Part shown: positions 19,604 to 29,177 of the stretch, piece by piece
How the letters are laid out: each line of letters opens with the position of its first letter
Position numbering within the stretch: position 1 is the stretch's first letter
The notes under the pieces: model-generated
Seen by the model: only the letters and a program-made list of their open reading frames with translations
Told to the model about the DNA's origin: nothing
The model's database searches: none
Made by a program: the position numbers and the translations under genes
From: Clostridiaceae bacterium
GTDB lineage: Bacteria; Bacillota; Clostridia; Acetivibrionales; DUMB01
Direction of reading: 5' to 3'
Assembly (NCBI GenBank): GCA_012840085.1
Contig: DUMB01000066.1
Location: 19,209-83,208, forward strand
DNA: 64,000 nucleotides

Positions 19604-21583
19604 ATGGAGAAAAAGAAATTTTATATTACAACCCCTATTTACTATCCAAGCGACAAGCTTCACATAGGACATTCGTATACTACAGTTGCTGCGGATGCCA
19701 TTGCGAGATATAAGAGACTTAAAGGTTATGACGTAATGTTCCTTACCGGGACAGACGAGCATGGACAGAAAATACAAAGGAAAGCGGAGGAACAGGGAGT
19801 TACTCCCCAGGAGTATGTGGACAAAATTGTAGCAGGAATAAAAGAATTGTGGAAATTAATGAAAATTACCAACGACAAATTTATAAGAACAACGGATGAT
19901 TTCCATCAAAAGACTGTTCAAAAGATATTTAAGAAGCTTTATGACCAGGGGGATATATATAAAAGTGAATATGAGGGCTGGTATTGCACGCCTTGCGAAT
20001 CATTCTGGACTAAAACCCAGTTGGTTGATGGAAAGTGTCCCGACTGCGGAAGGGAAGTCGAACTCACAAAAGAGGAGAGCTACTTCTTCAGGCTTTCCAA
20101 GTACCAGGACAGACTTATAAAGTACATTGAAGAGCATCCGGAATTTATTCAGCCTGTTTCAAGACAGAACGAGATGCTTAACAATTTCTTAAAGCCCGGG
20201 CTTGAGGACCTGTGTGTATCCAGAACAACTTTTAACTGGGGTGTGCCGGTAACTTTCGATGAAAAGCACGTAGTATATGTGTGGATTGACGCACTTTCCA
20301 ATTATATAACTGCGTTAGGATATATGTCTGAAGATGATTCCGATTATAAAAAGTACTGGCCTGCTGATGTTCATCTGGTGGGTAAGGAAATAGTAAGATT
20401 CCACACTATAATCTGGCCGGCAATGCTTATGGCCCTTGGCGAGCCTCTTCCGAAACAGGTTTTCGGACATGGCTGGCTGCTGCTTGAAGGCGGCAAAATG
20501 TCAAAATCCAAAGGTAACGTTGTGGATCCGGTTGTCCTTGTTGAAAAGTATGGACTTGATGCTATCAGGTATTTCCTTTTAAGAGAGGTCCCCTTTGGCT
20601 CTGATGGAGTTTTCTCAAATGAAGCCCTTATAAACAGGATAAATTCCGACTTGGCAAACGATTTAGGCAACCTTGTAAGCAGAACTGTTGCCATGATTGA
20701 CAAATACTTTAACGGGGTATTGCCTGAAGAAAGACAGAGCGGCGAGTATGACGATGACCTTATAAAAACGGTTATGGATGCTGCAGGCATGATAGATGAT
20801 ATGATGGATAAATTCCAGTTCAGCAATTCCTTGACGGAAATATGGAAAGCAATATCCAGAACCAATAAATATATTGATGAAACAATGCCCTGGGTTCTTG
20901 CAAAAGATGAGAGCAACAAGAGCAGGCTTGCAGCTGTTATGTACAATCTGGCTGAAAGTATAAGGATCATATCCATTTTGCTGCAGCCTTTCATGCCTGA
21001 GACACCAGAAAAAATATGGCATCAGCTCGGAATTGAAAATGGTGAATATACAACTTGGGAAAGCAGCAAAACATGGGGCATATATCCTGCAGGTATTTCT
21101 GTCAAAAAAGGAGCTCCCCTTTTCCCAAGAATCGATGTAAAGAAGGAACTTGAAGAGCTTGAGAAGGAGATCGAGAAAAAGGCTTCAGAAAAACCCCAGC
21201 AGAATAAGGAGAGCTCAAAACCGGCTGCAAAGGCAGAAGCAGAAAAGCCGGCAGGAAAAGAGCTGATAACGATAGAAGACTTCGCCAAGATTGACCTGAA
21301 AGTCGCAAAGGTGCTTGAAGCTGAGAAAATCGAAGGTGCCGACAAGCTTCTCAAATTGAAACTTCAGCTTGGAGATGAAGTGAGGCAGGTTGTCTCGGGA
21401 ATTGCCAAGTACTATAGTCTTGAGGAGTTAAAGGATAAGTACGTTGTTCTGGTTGCCAATCTTAAACCTGTCAAACTCAAAGGCGTTGAGTCTCAGGGTA
21501 TGATACTTGCAGCTTCGGACGACAGCAATCTTTCGCTGATAACCGTTGACAAAAATATCGGAAGCGGGACGACGGTACGCTGA
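19604..21583 (+). CDS. metG: Methionine--tRNA ligase with C-terminal tRNA-binding (EMAP/Trbp111-like) domain
   Basis: HIGH (HIGHSYT) and KMSKS motifs, zinc knuckles (CTPCESF, CPDCG) and a C-terminal OB-fold domain; 659 aa. Confidence 0.92.
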   Translation: MEKKKFYITTPIYYPSDKLHIGHSYTTVAADAIARYKRLKGYDVMFLTGTDEHGQKIQRKAEEQGVTPQEYVDKIVAGIKELWKLMKITNDKFIRTTDDFHQKTVQKIFKKLYDQGDIYKSEYEGWYCTPCESFWTKTQLVDGKCPDCGREVELTKEESYFFRLSKYQDRLIKYIEEHPEFIQPVSRQNEMLNNFLKPGLEDLCVSRTTFNWGVPVTFDEKHVVYVWIDALSNYITALGYMSEDDSDYKKYWPADVHLVGKEIVRFHTIIWPAMLMALGEPLPKQVFGHGWLLLEGGKMSKSKGNVVDPVVLVEKYGLDAIRYFLLREVPFGSDGVFSNEALINRINSDLANDLGNLVSRTVAMIDKYFNGVLPEERQSGEYDDDLIKTVMDAAGMIDDMMDKFQFSNSLTEIWKAISRTNKYIDETMPWVLAKDESNKSRLAAVMYNLAESIRIISILLQPFMPETPEKIWHQLGIENGEYTTWESSKTWGIYPAGISVKKGAPLFPRIDVKKELEELEKEIEKKASEKPQQNKESSKPAAKAEAEKPAGKELITIEDFAKIDLKVAKVLEAEKIEGADKLLKLKLQLGDEVRQVVSGIAKYYSLEELKDKYVVLVANLKPVKLKGVESQGMILAASDDSNLSLITVDKNIGSGTTVR

Positions 21584-21650
21584 TGAACGCATAAAATATT
21601 GATTGTTTATACAGAAAATATAATATATAATAAAAATAAGGAGAGAGAAA

Positions 21651-22430
21651 ATGCTATTTGACACTCATGCCCACTACGACGATAAAAAATTCAGCGAAGA
21701 CAGAGATGAGGCGATAGAGCGGGCATACAAAAGCGGTGTAAAATATATACTCAATGTATCTTATGATTTAAAATCTTCATCGGAAAGTATATTACTTTCC
21801 GATAAATTTGATTTTATATATGCTGCTGTAGGAATACACCCTCATGATGTGGCTGCTGTGGACGACAGCGCTGTTTCAACCCTGGAAGAATATGCTTTAA
21901 ATAATAAAAAGGTTGTTGCTATAGGAGAGATTGGTCTGGATTATTATTATGACAACTCTCCCAGAGAGCTTCAGAGATATTGGTTTGCCCGGCAGATTAG
22001 ACTGGCTAAGAAGTTAGGCCTGCCAATAATAATACATGACAGGGATGCCCACGAAGATACGTTTAATATCGTAAGGGAAGAAGAAGCCGGTGAAGTGGGA
22101 GGGGTATTCCACTGTTATTCCGGAAGTGTAGAAATGGCAAAGGAACTGATTAAGAATAATTTTTACATAGCAATAGGAGGAGCTGTCACCTTCAAGAATG
22201 CAAGAAAAGTTGTTGATGTGGCAGCGTTTATACCTGATGACCGGCTGCTTATCGAGACTGATTGCCCTTACATGACTCCTGAGCCATTCAGAGGGAAAAG
22301 AAATGAATCCTCTTATGTACGGCTGGTAGCGGAAAAAATAGCCCGGATAAGAGGTGTCACTACTGAGTATATTGCCAGAATTACTACTGAAAACGCAAAA
22401 AAGCTTTTTAAGATATATACTCCAGATTAA
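21651..22430 (+). CDS. tatD: TatD-family metal-dependent DNase/hydrolase (YabD)
   Basis: MLFDTHAHYDD N-terminus and a TIM-barrel hydrolase fold. It follows metG as in B. subtilis. Confidence 0.9.
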   Translation: MLFDTHAHYDDKKFSEDRDEAIERAYKSGVKYILNVSYDLKSSSESILLSDKFDFIYAAVGIHPHDVAAVDDSAVSTLEEYALNNKKVVAIGEIGLDYYYDNSPRELQRYWFARQIRLAKKLGLPIIIHDRDAHEDTFNIVREEEAGEVGGVFHCYSGSVEMAKELIKNNFYIAIGGAVTFKNARKVVDVAAFIPDDRLLIETDCPYMTPEPFRGKRNESSYVRLVAEKIARIRGVTTEYIARITTENAKKLFKIYTPD

Positions 22431-22465
22431 ATAGGTAGATTTTAAATATTTTATAGGAGTGGGCT

Positions 22466-23173
22466 ATGAAAAAACTGGTTCTTATTCTGGTTAGTGCTCT
22501 TATTATTTTTACATTTATTGCTCTTAATTACCTTATCTGGGAAAAGGAAAATATGGATAAGGATATTGAAAACCTCAAGTATTTAAATTTAAATTCCAAT
22601 TCCAGAATTAATGCCTACGAGAGGGATATAAAGAATCTTGAGGAGCAATTAAAGCTTCTTAAGGAAGAGTTGAGCAAACAGGAGGAAAACAATAAACTTC
22701 TTGAAGAGGACAAGCTACAGCTGGAAAAAGAAATTGCCCACTATACCGAAGTACTTGAGCAAAAAAACGTAACAATTGATGCACTTGCCCGTATAGTTAA
22801 TATTAAAGAACTGGAAGTCCCGATAAGGAAGTGGGTTGAAGCAATTGATACAGGGGAATACAACGAAGCATATAAATTGCAATCGAAAAAATTGATTGAA
22901 AAGGAAAACATGCGAAATCCGGATGACCTTGCCAAAAAATACAAGAATTCGGTTAAAAGTATGAAAATAAAAGACATAAAGTTTGTTACTGAAGAAATTC
23001 CTGAAAATAAAATGGGAAATATTATTTTTAACGTAGAGATTGACGTTGAAAAAAATCAAAATGTGCAAGGAAACAGTGTATTTAGTAATGGCAGCAATAG
23101 TGTGTTTTTTACGGTTGATTATGATGCTGAGCGTGAATGCTGGGTAATATCAGATATTTCAAATTCCCTGTAA
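22466..23173 (+). CDS. Membrane-anchored coiled-coil protein, unknown function
   Basis: N-terminal TM helix followed by a long heptad-rich region (NLEEQLKLLKEELSKQEENNKLLEED...). Confidence 0.5.
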   Translation: MKKLVLILVSALIIFTFIALNYLIWEKENMDKDIENLKYLNLNSNSRINAYERDIKNLEEQLKLLKEELSKQEENNKLLEEDKLQLEKEIAHYTEVLEQKNVTIDALARIVNIKELEVPIRKWVEAIDTGEYNEAYKLQSKKLIEKENMRNPDDLAKKYKNSVKSMKIKDIKFVTEEIPENKMGNIIFNVEIDVEKNQNVQGNSVFSNGSNSVFFTVDYDAERECWVISDISNSL

Positions 23174-23369
23174 TTTTCGGGTTAAAGCAAACAGGACCAA
23201 AGCAAATAATTAGTTTCAAGCAAATAAAATATTTGTTCTAAACAAATAATTGTTTTAAAAATGCCGGTGCGGGCAGGTTAACTTAATTTTCAATTATAGA
23301 ATTATCACAGATTCCTTTCGGTTACATATAATGATAGTAAACAGAATGTGATACCGGAGGGATTTTTTT

Positions 23370-23795
23370 ATGAGCGAAGATAGAAAGAGCAAACAGGATA
23401 TGGAGACAGAAAAGATGAGTAAAGCGCAGCCTTCACATACACCTGCTGCACCCCAGACTGCTCAACCAATCCATACTCATGAAGCACCGCAGATGCAGTA
23501 TATGCCACAAACACCTCAAATGCAGCAAATGCCTCAGACCATATATACTCCGCAAATGGGCCCAATGTACAACTTCAATGATTGCATGCCGCAGATGCCT
23601 ATGATTTGTTGTCCATACCTTATGAATGTACATTGTCCAATGATGCAGGGTGAAATGTATGGGCATGGTAATGGATACACCGGATTTATGCAGAGCAATC
23701 CATTCGGCTCAATGCAGCAACCTCAGTTCATGTATGGTTCAGGCATGTATGCACCTTATACCGGCGGCAATAATATGAATTGTATGCCATATTGA
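23370..23795 (+). CDS. Low-complexity Met/Gln/Pro-rich protein (PQM repeats), Cys-containing; possibly spore-coat-like
   Basis: A 141-aa ORF with a strong downstream terminator. The coat-like role is a guess from composition alone. Confidence 0.45.
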   Translation: MSEDRKSKQDMETEKMSKAQPSHTPAAPQTAQPIHTHEAPQMQYMPQTPQMQQMPQTIYTPQMGPMYNFNDCMPQMPMICCPYLMNVHCPMMQGEMYGHGNGYTGFMQSNPFGSMQQPQFMYGSGMYAPYTGGNNMNCMPY

Positions 23796-23904
23796 CATGA
23801 TGTACTGCATCGACATACTGACAGCTTAATTTAATCCATATGGTGTTTGATTTCAGCATGACAGGTGAAGTCATGGCACTATTTTGATGTCCATATACTT
23901 ATGC

Positions 23905-23940
23905 AAAAAGGCAGATAGCATTTTATATCTGCCTTTTTTA
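23905..23940 (+). terminator. Rho-independent terminator
   Basis: aaaaaGGCAGATAgcattttaTATCTGCCtttttt. Confidence 0.8.
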
Positions 23941-24080
23941 AACTGGCTTGCTGAGCTGACACTTCGACAGCAGGAGTTCTGAGCCTAAGATATAATTAAT
24001 AATAACCAGCCCTGATAACCAGATCAAATAAATATCTTAAACAACCAGCATAAATAACTGGATTAAGTAACTGGCTTAAG

Positions 24081-24178
24081 TAAATAGCTTAATAAATAGC
24101 TTAAATAAATAGCTTAATAAATAGCTTAAATAAATAGCTTGAATAAATAGCTTGAATAAATAGCTTAATAAATAGCTC
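24081..24178. repeat. Tandem repeat, 13-14-nt unit (AAATAGCTTAATA) x7
   Basis: Direct reading: taaatagcttaataaatagcttaaataaatagcttaataaatagcttaaataaatagcttgaataaatagcttgaataaatagcttaataaatagc. Confidence 0.8.
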
Positions 24179-24341
24179 CAATAATTAGTTTTAAAGCTCT
24201 CCACAATGTTATCTCATTACCTGGCACACTAAGTTAAATTAACAACGGGTTGAATAACATTTAACTTTGCTGTCAACAATTACTAGTAGTACTTTATATT
24301 ACTAGTGATAAAATAAATAATTTTATTATTATTAAGTCGTT

Positions 24342-25481
24342 ATGTTAACAAGTTTGACAAAGGTAAATTTATGGAATAAAATAGCTACAGCCCCTAATAA
24401 ATATTTATATGGGAGGTTTTTTGGTTTGTTACCATTTTTGAAAAATATTGTAAAGTATTTTTCATTGAAGGGAATTATAATAGCACTGATTGCGATTGCC
24501 ATTTGTGTATCGGCGGGTGTGGGTACTTTCCTTTATCTTAAAAGAGATGTTGTTATCGATGACAATGGCGTTGAAATTCGTGTTGGAACAATGGAAAATA
24601 CTGTAGAAAAGGTATTGGAGGAAAACGGAATAAGCGTCAGCCCGGAAGATTACATCAATCCGCCGCTTGATTCCGAATTACACAAGACAAAGATAAATGA
24701 AATACAAATAAAAAGAGCTGTTCCTGTTTACGTTTCAGTAGATGGTCAGGAACTTGAGCTCATGACTTATAAAGATACGGTAAGAGAAGTTTTGAAGGAT
24801 AATTCTATTGAGCTTTCTGAAAATGACAGACTTGAAGGAGCCGGCCTGGACGATAAAATATCAGAAGGCATGCAGCTGAAGATTGTAAGAGTTGAAGAAA
24901 AAATTGTAACTGAGAATGAGCAAATACCTTTTGAAGTTGTGAGCAGAGCAAACAGCAGATTGGAAAAAGGAAAACAAAAGACAGTAACGGATGGAAAAGA
25001 GGGAGTAAAGCAAAAATCTTTTAAAGTTGTAATGGAAGACGGAATTGAAGTTTCTAGGGAGCTAATAAAGGAAGAAGTTGTGACAAATCCCGTAAACAAA
25101 GTGGTTGAATATGGGACCTATGAACCGTTAAAGACATCCAGAGGAAAAGTATTGAACTATAAAAAGGTTCTTAATATGAGGGCTACAGCCTACACGGCTT
25201 CATATAAAGATACAGGAAAAAATCCCGATCATCCACAGTTTGGAATAACTTATACGGGAATCAAGGCAAAAAAAGGTGTCGTAGCAGTAGATCCAAAAGT
25301 TATACCTCTTGGAACGAGATTATATATTGAAGGTGTAGGAAATACACCGGATTATGGTTATGCGATAGCTGCCGATATCGGCGGTGGCGTAAAGGGAGAT
25401 ATAATTGACCTATATATGGAAGACCCAAAGGAATCCCAAAGATGGGGTGTAAGAAAGGTAAAAGTTTATATTCTTGACTAA
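24342..25481 (+). CDS. YabE-like protein (DUF348 repeats, G5 domain and C-terminal 3D/RlpA-like domain)
   Basis: N-terminal TM helix. The C-terminal block ATAYTASYKDTGKNPDHPQFGITYTGIKAKKGVVAVDPKVIPLGTRLYIEGVG...DIGGGVKGDIIDLYM is 3D-domain-like (double-psi beta barrel). It keeps the position of B. subtilis yabE. Confidence 0.65.
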   Translation: MLTSLTKVNLWNKIATAPNKYLYGRFFGLLPFLKNIVKYFSLKGIIIALIAIAICVSAGVGTFLYLKRDVVIDDNGVEIRVGTMENTVEKVLEENGISVSPEDYINPPLDSELHKTKINEIQIKRAVPVYVSVDGQELELMTYKDTVREVLKDNSIELSENDRLEGAGLDDKISEGMQLKIVRVEEKIVTENEQIPFEVVSRANSRLEKGKQKTVTDGKEGVKQKSFKVVMEDGIEVSRELIKEEVVTNPVNKVVEYGTYEPLKTSRGKVLNYKKVLNMRATAYTASYKDTGKNPDHPQFGITYTGIKAKKGVVAVDPKVIPLGTRLYIEGVGNTPDYGYAIAADIGGGVKGDIIDLYMEDPKESQRWGVRKVKVYILD

Positions 25482-25715
25482 GTACAGAATGCTTTATTCC
25501 TTCAAAACAAATTAAGCTACAGACCGGGATGATAATCCCGGATTGCCGGGTCAAAATCCCGGTTTTTTTATAGCCTGAAAGCCCAGGCAGCCGAAACTTA
25601 AAAAGAATATGATCTGCGAAGAAAATGATGTGAGAAATGTGATTCACAAAAAAAGGCGTGCCAAAAATGATGCGCCAAAAATGATGTACAAAAAATGACC
25701 AATAAAGAATGGTCT

Positions 25716-25870
25716 GAAAAAAATAATCTGAAAAAATAATCTGAAAAAATAATCTGAAATAAATATCTGAAATCAAATAACAGATAAATCTAACAGGTAA
25801 GAATAATAGATAGATGTAATAGACAAATGTAAAGATAAATATAAAAGATAAATATAAAAGATAAATGTAA
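25716..25870. repeat. AT-rich repeat cluster: CTGAAAAAATAAT x4-5, then ATAAATATAAAAG x3
   Basis: Direct reading in the ksgA upstream region. CAAAAATGATG also repeats at about 25660-25700. Confidence 0.7.
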
Positions 25871-25923
25871 CAGCCGGACTTGTAAATATAACGGATAAAC
25901 GTGTAAAGAGGTGTAATACCTGA

Positions 25924-26799
25924 ATGAACAAAAGCATAAAAGAGTTGGTAAGAAAACATAATATCAGGACAAGCAAGTCACTGGGGCAAAATTTCCTCAT
26001 CGATGACACAATTGTTAAGCGTATTGTAGATAGCGCCCGGATAAGTGCGGACGATATGGTAATTGAAGTAGGTCCCGGGGTGGGAAGCATGACAGTTGAG
26101 CTGGCCGCAAGGGCAGGAAGGCTGATAGCTGTGGAGATAGACCGCCATCTTATTCCGGCGCTTACGGAAAATCTGGCAGGCTTTAACAATGTAGATATCA
26201 TTAATGAAGATATACTTAAAATAAATATTGATGAGCTTATTAAAGCTCAGACCGAAAAGGCCAGTGGAATTTTTAAACCCGGGAATGTTAAAGTGGTCGC
26301 AAACCTGCCGTATTATATAACTACGCCGATAATAATGAAATTTCTTGAAGAAAGCACTTCAATAAACTTATTCGTTTTTATGGTTCAGAAGGAAGTGGCA
26401 GACAGAATACTGGCGCAACCCGGTTCAAAGGACTACGGTGCATTGACGGTGGCAGTACAATACTACTGCAAGCCTGAGAGGGTTTTTGATGTGCCGCCTC
26501 ACTGTTTTATTCCGCAGCCCGGTGTAATATCTACCGTTGTCAGATTAAAGGCATATGAGAAACCTCCGGTTGACGTTATTGACAGAAAAACGTTCTTTAA
26601 AGTTGTGAAAGCCTCCTTCGGTCAGAGAAGGAAGACCTTGCTGAATGCATTATACAACTCTGGCTATTTCAACATGAATAAAGAAGAATTAAAAGAGTTG
26701 CTGAGAAATTTGGACATAGACGAGAACAGAAGAGGCGAGACTCTTTCAATTATGCAATTTGCCAAACTTGCAAATTCATTTTCGGAAAAAGATTGTTAA
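25924..26799 (+). CDS. rsmA: 16S rRNA (adenine1518/1519-N6)-dimethyltransferase
   Basis: LGQNFLID motif and a SAM methyltransferase fold (VIEVGPGVGSMT); 291 aa. Confidence 0.9.
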   Translation: MNKSIKELVRKHNIRTSKSLGQNFLIDDTIVKRIVDSARISADDMVIEVGPGVGSMTVELAARAGRLIAVEIDRHLIPALTENLAGFNNVDIINEDILKINIDELIKAQTEKASGIFKPGNVKVVANLPYYITTPIIMKFLEESTSINLFVFMVQKEVADRILAQPGSKDYGALTVAVQYYCKPERVFDVPPHCFIPQPGVISTVVRLKAYEKPPVDVIDRKTFFKVVKASFGQRRKTLLNALYNSGYFNMNKEELKELLRNLDIDENRRGETLSIMQFAKLANSFSEKDC

Positions 26800-27033
26800 A
26801 AAATTATTAATTTTTTTTAAAAAACACTTCCCAAATTAGTCGTTATAAGTTATAATTATTTCTAATGAATTTTTTATAATGGCGGAAAATTTTTTTGTTC
26901 ATGCAAATGTAATTAAATTGGCAAAACAATATATCTAAACGTCAATAATGGGTCTTACGCTTATTATGAGCCAAACCCTAATTTAAATGTATATGGTTAG
27001 CTTAATTTGGTATAACAAACAAAATACAGGAAA

Positions 27034-28806
27034 GTGGTGAATGATATGTACTCTAACAAAGCAGTACAAAACTGGGTTGAAGAGATGGCAAAACTTACTA
27101 AACCCGACAATATTGTTTGGATTGATGGTTCTGAAGAAGAAAAAGAAAGACTTGAAAAACAGGCGCTTGAAACAGGCGAAATTATTGAGTTAAACCAGGA
27201 AAAACTCCCTGGCTGCTTCCTTCATAGAACTGAAGTAAATGACGTTGCCCGTGTTGAGGGAAGAACATTTATTTGCACAAGAAGGAAGGAAGATGCAGGT
27301 CCAACAAACAACTGGATGGATCCTACAGAAGCTTATGAAAAACTCAGCAAGATTTTTGACGGCTCTATGAAGGGAAGAACTATGTATGTTATACCTTACC
27401 TGATGGGGCCTGCAGGTTCACCTTTCAGCAAGGTGGGCGTAGAAGTAACAGACAGCATTTACGTTGTTCTGAATATGCGCATAATGACAAGAATGGGAAA
27501 AGTTGCAATGGATCATCTCGGAGATTCTGATGATTTTGTAAAAGGATTACACAGCAAAGCTAATCTTGATCCCGAGAACCGTTATATCTGCCATTTCCCT
27601 GAAGACAACACAATCTGGAGCGTAAACTCCGGTTACGGCGGAAACGTTCTGCTGGGCAAAAAGTGTTTTGCACTCCGTATTGCCAGCTACATGGGCAGAC
27701 AGGAAGGCTGGATGGCAGAACACATGCTTATACTTGGTATTGAAGATCCTAAAGGAAATGTGTCCTATATAGCAGCTGCTTTCCCGAGCGCTTGCGGAAA
27801 GACAAATCTTGCTATGCTTATTCCTCCTGAGGTTTATGCTAAGGAAGGATATAAAGTATGGACAGTCGGTGACGACATTGCATGGATGAGAATTGGTGAA
27901 GACGGCAGATTGTGGGCAATAAATCCTGAAGCAGGATTCTTTGGCGTTGCTCCCGGAACAAGCATGAAGAGCAATCCTAATGCTTTATTGACAACACAGA
28001 AGAACACCATATTCACAAACGTAGTTCTTACTCCTGAAAATACTGTTTGGTGGGAAGGCATGGGTGTTGAGCCACCGGCAACCGGTATTGACTGGAAAGG
28101 CAATCCCTGGACACCCGACAGCGGGGAAAAAGGAGCTCATCCAAATTCAAGATTTACTGCACCTGCATGCCAGTGTCCTTCAATTTCTCCTGAGTGGGAA
28201 AATCCGAAGGGTGTGCCGATTTCTGCCATTCTCTTCGGCGGACGTCGTGCAAAGGTTGCTCCGTTGGTTTACCAGTCATTTGATTGGGAACACGGTGTAT
28301 TCATGGGTGCAACCATGGGTTCTGAAACAACTGCAGCTGCAATGGGCGCTGTAGGAGTTGTAAGACGTGACCCAATGGCTATGCTGCCATTCTGTGGATA
28401 CAATATGGGAGATTACTTTGCTCACTGGCTTGAGATGGGCAAGAAGATACCCAATCCTCCAAAGATCTTTAATGTAAACTGGTTCCGTACAAACGACGAA
28501 GGCAAGTTCATCTGGCCAGGATTTGGTGAAAACTTCCGTGTACTCAAGTGGATACTTGACCGTTGCGAAGGAAAAGTTGATGCTGTTGAGTCACCGATAG
28601 GTTATCTGCCAGATGTTAATGATATAGACCTTACAGGTATTGAAGACGAAGTTTCCAAAGAGACCTTGGCTAATCTGCTCAGCATTGACAAGGAATCATG
28701 GAAAGAAGAAATCAACAGCCAGAGCGAGTTCTTTGCTAAATTTGACAGATTGCCTGCTGAAATCAAAAAGCAGCAAGAAGCATTGATTAAGAGGCTTGGA
28801 ATATAG
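27034..28806 (+). CDS. pckG: Phosphoenolpyruvate carboxykinase (GTP-dependent)
   Basis: 590 aa with GTP-PEPCK signatures (kinase-1a P-loop region [19 protein letters not shown]). The real start may be the ATG at 27046. Confidence 0.9.
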   Translation: MVNDMYSNKAVQNWVEEMAKLTKPDNIVWIDGSEEEKERLEKQALETGEIIELNQEKLPGCFLHRTEVNDVARVEGRTFICTRRKEDAGPTNNWMDPTEAYEKLSKIFDGSMKGRTMYVIPYLMGPAGSPFSKVGVEVTDSIYVVLNMRIMTRMGKVAMDHLGDSDDFVKGLHSKANLDPENRYICHFPEDNTIWSVNSGYGGNVLLGKKCFALRIASYMGRQEGWMAEHMLILGIEDPKGNVSYIAAAFPSACGKTNLAMLIPPEVYAKEGYKVWTVGDDIAWMRIGEDGRLWAINPEAGFFGVAPGTSMKSNPNALLTTQKNTIFTNVVLTPENTVWWEGMGVEPPATGIDWKGNPWTPDSGEKGAHPNSRFTAPACQCPSISPEWENPKGVPISAILFGGRRAKVAPLVYQSFDWEHGVFMGATMGSETTAAAMGAVGVVRRDPMAMLPFCGYNMGDYFAHWLEMGKKIPNPPKIFNVNWFRTNDEGKFIWPGFGENFRVLKWILDRCEGKVDAVESPIGYLPDVNDIDLTGIEDEVSKETLANLLSIDKESWKEEINSQSEFFAKFDRLPAEIKKQQEALIKRLGI

Positions 28807-28857
28807 TTTTGACAATATGACACATTAAAAGACAATGATTAAAAGTATATAAATGAT

Positions 28858-28896
28858 CAAAACAGAGACATTATACCATGTCTCTGTTTTTTTATG
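28858..28896 (+). terminator. Rho-independent terminator after pckG
   Basis: AACAGAGACATtataccATGTCTCTGTTtttttatgggtttttttt. Confidence 0.8.
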
Positions 28897-29177
28897 GGTT
28901 TTTTTTCTTTTTGCGAACATATAATTAATATGAAAGCGAAGCTTTCATATTATTGGCCATGAGCCTTTCCCGAAAAGGCATAAAAAACGGACTGTACATA
29001 TAAAGCCTTTTTGTAAAGCAAACAAATGGCAGGTGCAGCTGCAATGTGGCAGTTAATATCAAAAACAGTCATTACTAAAACTTGAATATTGACAGCAACA
29101 GGCTTTTAAGGTTTGGCTTTTCATCTTCCAAAATAGATATTAATAATAGGTGTGAATTTTTAGGGGGGAATGAAACA

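Noticed and set aside
28921-28947. Calling the palindrome a CcpA cre site
   Set aside because: The half-sites resemble cre (TGAAAGC), but the central spacing is 3 nt longer than the 14-bp cre consensus TGWAANCGNTNWCA.
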